A stretch of DNA of 64,000 bases from Clostridia bacterium. GTDB lineage: Bacteria > Bacillota > Clostridia > UBA1381. Location of the stretch: positions 12,285 through 76,284 of the forward strand of contig JAZRMB010000025.1 in NCBI GenBank assembly GCA_045647245.1, read 5' to 3'. This document shows, piece after piece, positions 63,548 through 64,000 of the stretch (the stretch's first letter is position 1; every line of letters starts with the position of its first letter). Position numbers and translations under genes: made by a program. The notes below the pieces were generated by a model. The model had not been told where the DNA came from and searched no databases. It saw only the letters and a program-made list of their open reading frames with translations.

Positions 63548-64000
63548 TTATTCGAGTAATTCTATTGTACTTCTTTTGAGGTCGGGAGATACGTGACTGT
63601 AGATGTCGAGAGTTATTTGTATTGATTTATGCCCAAGAAGCTGTGATATTGTTTTTATATCAGCTCCTTTTTCGAGGAGTCTTGTGGCGAAGGTATGGCG
63701 GATTGAATGAAATGTTAAGTCGCTCATATCTTCTTCTATTTGTTCGAATTTATTCTCCATATCTCGGTACACATTTCTCTTCATCAGAGGAGTACCGGTC
63801 GTGGAGTAGAATACGAAGGGTGAGTTTTTATCGTTATTCTCTTTCTGTGCTTCGACTACTGCGGTTGCAGTCTTTGTCAGTGGGATTATTCTTATATTCT
63901 CTCTTTTTGTACTGGTCATTATTGTTTTACTTTTCTTTTCGGCTTCTTCGTCGTAATCTTTGACTATTTGTATATTAGAAGATACGGTAACGCCTGCATC
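63548..64000 (-). CDS. tyrosine recombinase / phage-type integrase, C-terminal part (gene runs off the right edge)
   Basis: LTFHSIRHTFATRLLEKGADIKTISQLLGHKSIQITLDIYSHV contains the R...HxxR...Y catalytic motifs. The frame stays open upstream of the tracked Met to position 64000. Confidence 0.85.
   Translation of the reverse strand, partial: DAGVTVSSNIQIVKDYDEEAEKKSKTIMTSTKRENIRIIPLTKTATAVVEAQKENNDKNSPFVFYSTTGTPLMKRNVYRDMENKFEQIEEDMSDLTFHSIRHTFATRLLEKGADIKTISQLLGHKSIQITLDIYSHVSPDLKRSTIELLE

Overview
The window is a chromosomal segment from an endospore-forming, low-GC Firmicute of the Clostridia type. Lineage markers are spmA/spmB, sigH, noc, SLH-anchored surface proteins and an electron-bifurcating-type [FeFe] hydrogenase operon.

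Gene content, left to right:
- 1-4856 (minus strand): hydrogenase structural genes (NuoF-like, 2Fe-2S ferredoxin, NuoE-like) interleaved with regulatory genes (a sensory-type H-cluster protein, two HATPase proteins, two DRTGG proteins, a PHP protein).
- 5058-7536: hpt, a degenerate glutamine-amidotransferase-like gene and a diacylglycerol glycosyltransferase.
- 7650-17478: a complete bacterial microcompartment (BMC) locus. It holds a class II aldolase, PduO-type adenosyltransferase, acylating aldehyde dehydrogenase, Zn alcohol dehydrogenase, four BMC-H, PduL, one BMC-P, a PduS-like protein, one BMC-T and a DeoR regulator. No diol/ethanolamine-type signature enzyme is present.
- 17704-22487: ZIP transporter, ferritin, an untracked rubredoxin gene, folA, thyA and spmAB.
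- 22605-29244: pgk-tpiA-gpmI, birA, noc, rsmG and an XRE regulator.
- 29465-32922: an SLH surface protein, a zinc-ribbon protein and sigH.
- 33181-56415: a large glycan-utilisation locus. It encodes a membrane-sensor AraC regulator (apparently frameshifted), two lipoprotein solute-binding proteins and two ABC permeases. These are followed by five consecutive secreted discoidin-module proteins, one of them SLH-anchored, and a sixth signal-peptide-less enzyme. Three of these six genes carry a GH28-like beta-helix domain.
- 56587-62947: pta, ackA and ylxM-ffh-rpsP-KH-rimM-trmD.
- 63375-64000: a 3' fragment of tRNA-Lys next to a tyrosine integrase, marking the edge of an integrated element.

Most notable observations:
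1. Two otherwise intact conserved genes carry in-frame TAG codons: essential rpsP at codon 14 and a 1137-codon discoidin protein. TAG is almost unused as a terminator in this window.
2. Two families of nested-hairpin intergenic repeat elements occur. One is bounded by the 12-bp palindrome AAATTATAATTT and sits flush against stop codons. Copies bracket thyA in inverted orientation and split an ABC permease operon.
3. The aldolase-type BMC has a shared encapsulation-peptide motif on four enzymes, and carries B12-recycling genes without a B12 enzyme.
4. Small gene lesions are present: an ATA in place of the start codon of the PHP gene and a frameshift in the AraC regulator.

All calls come from reading the sequence and the ORF translations. 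No database search was run.
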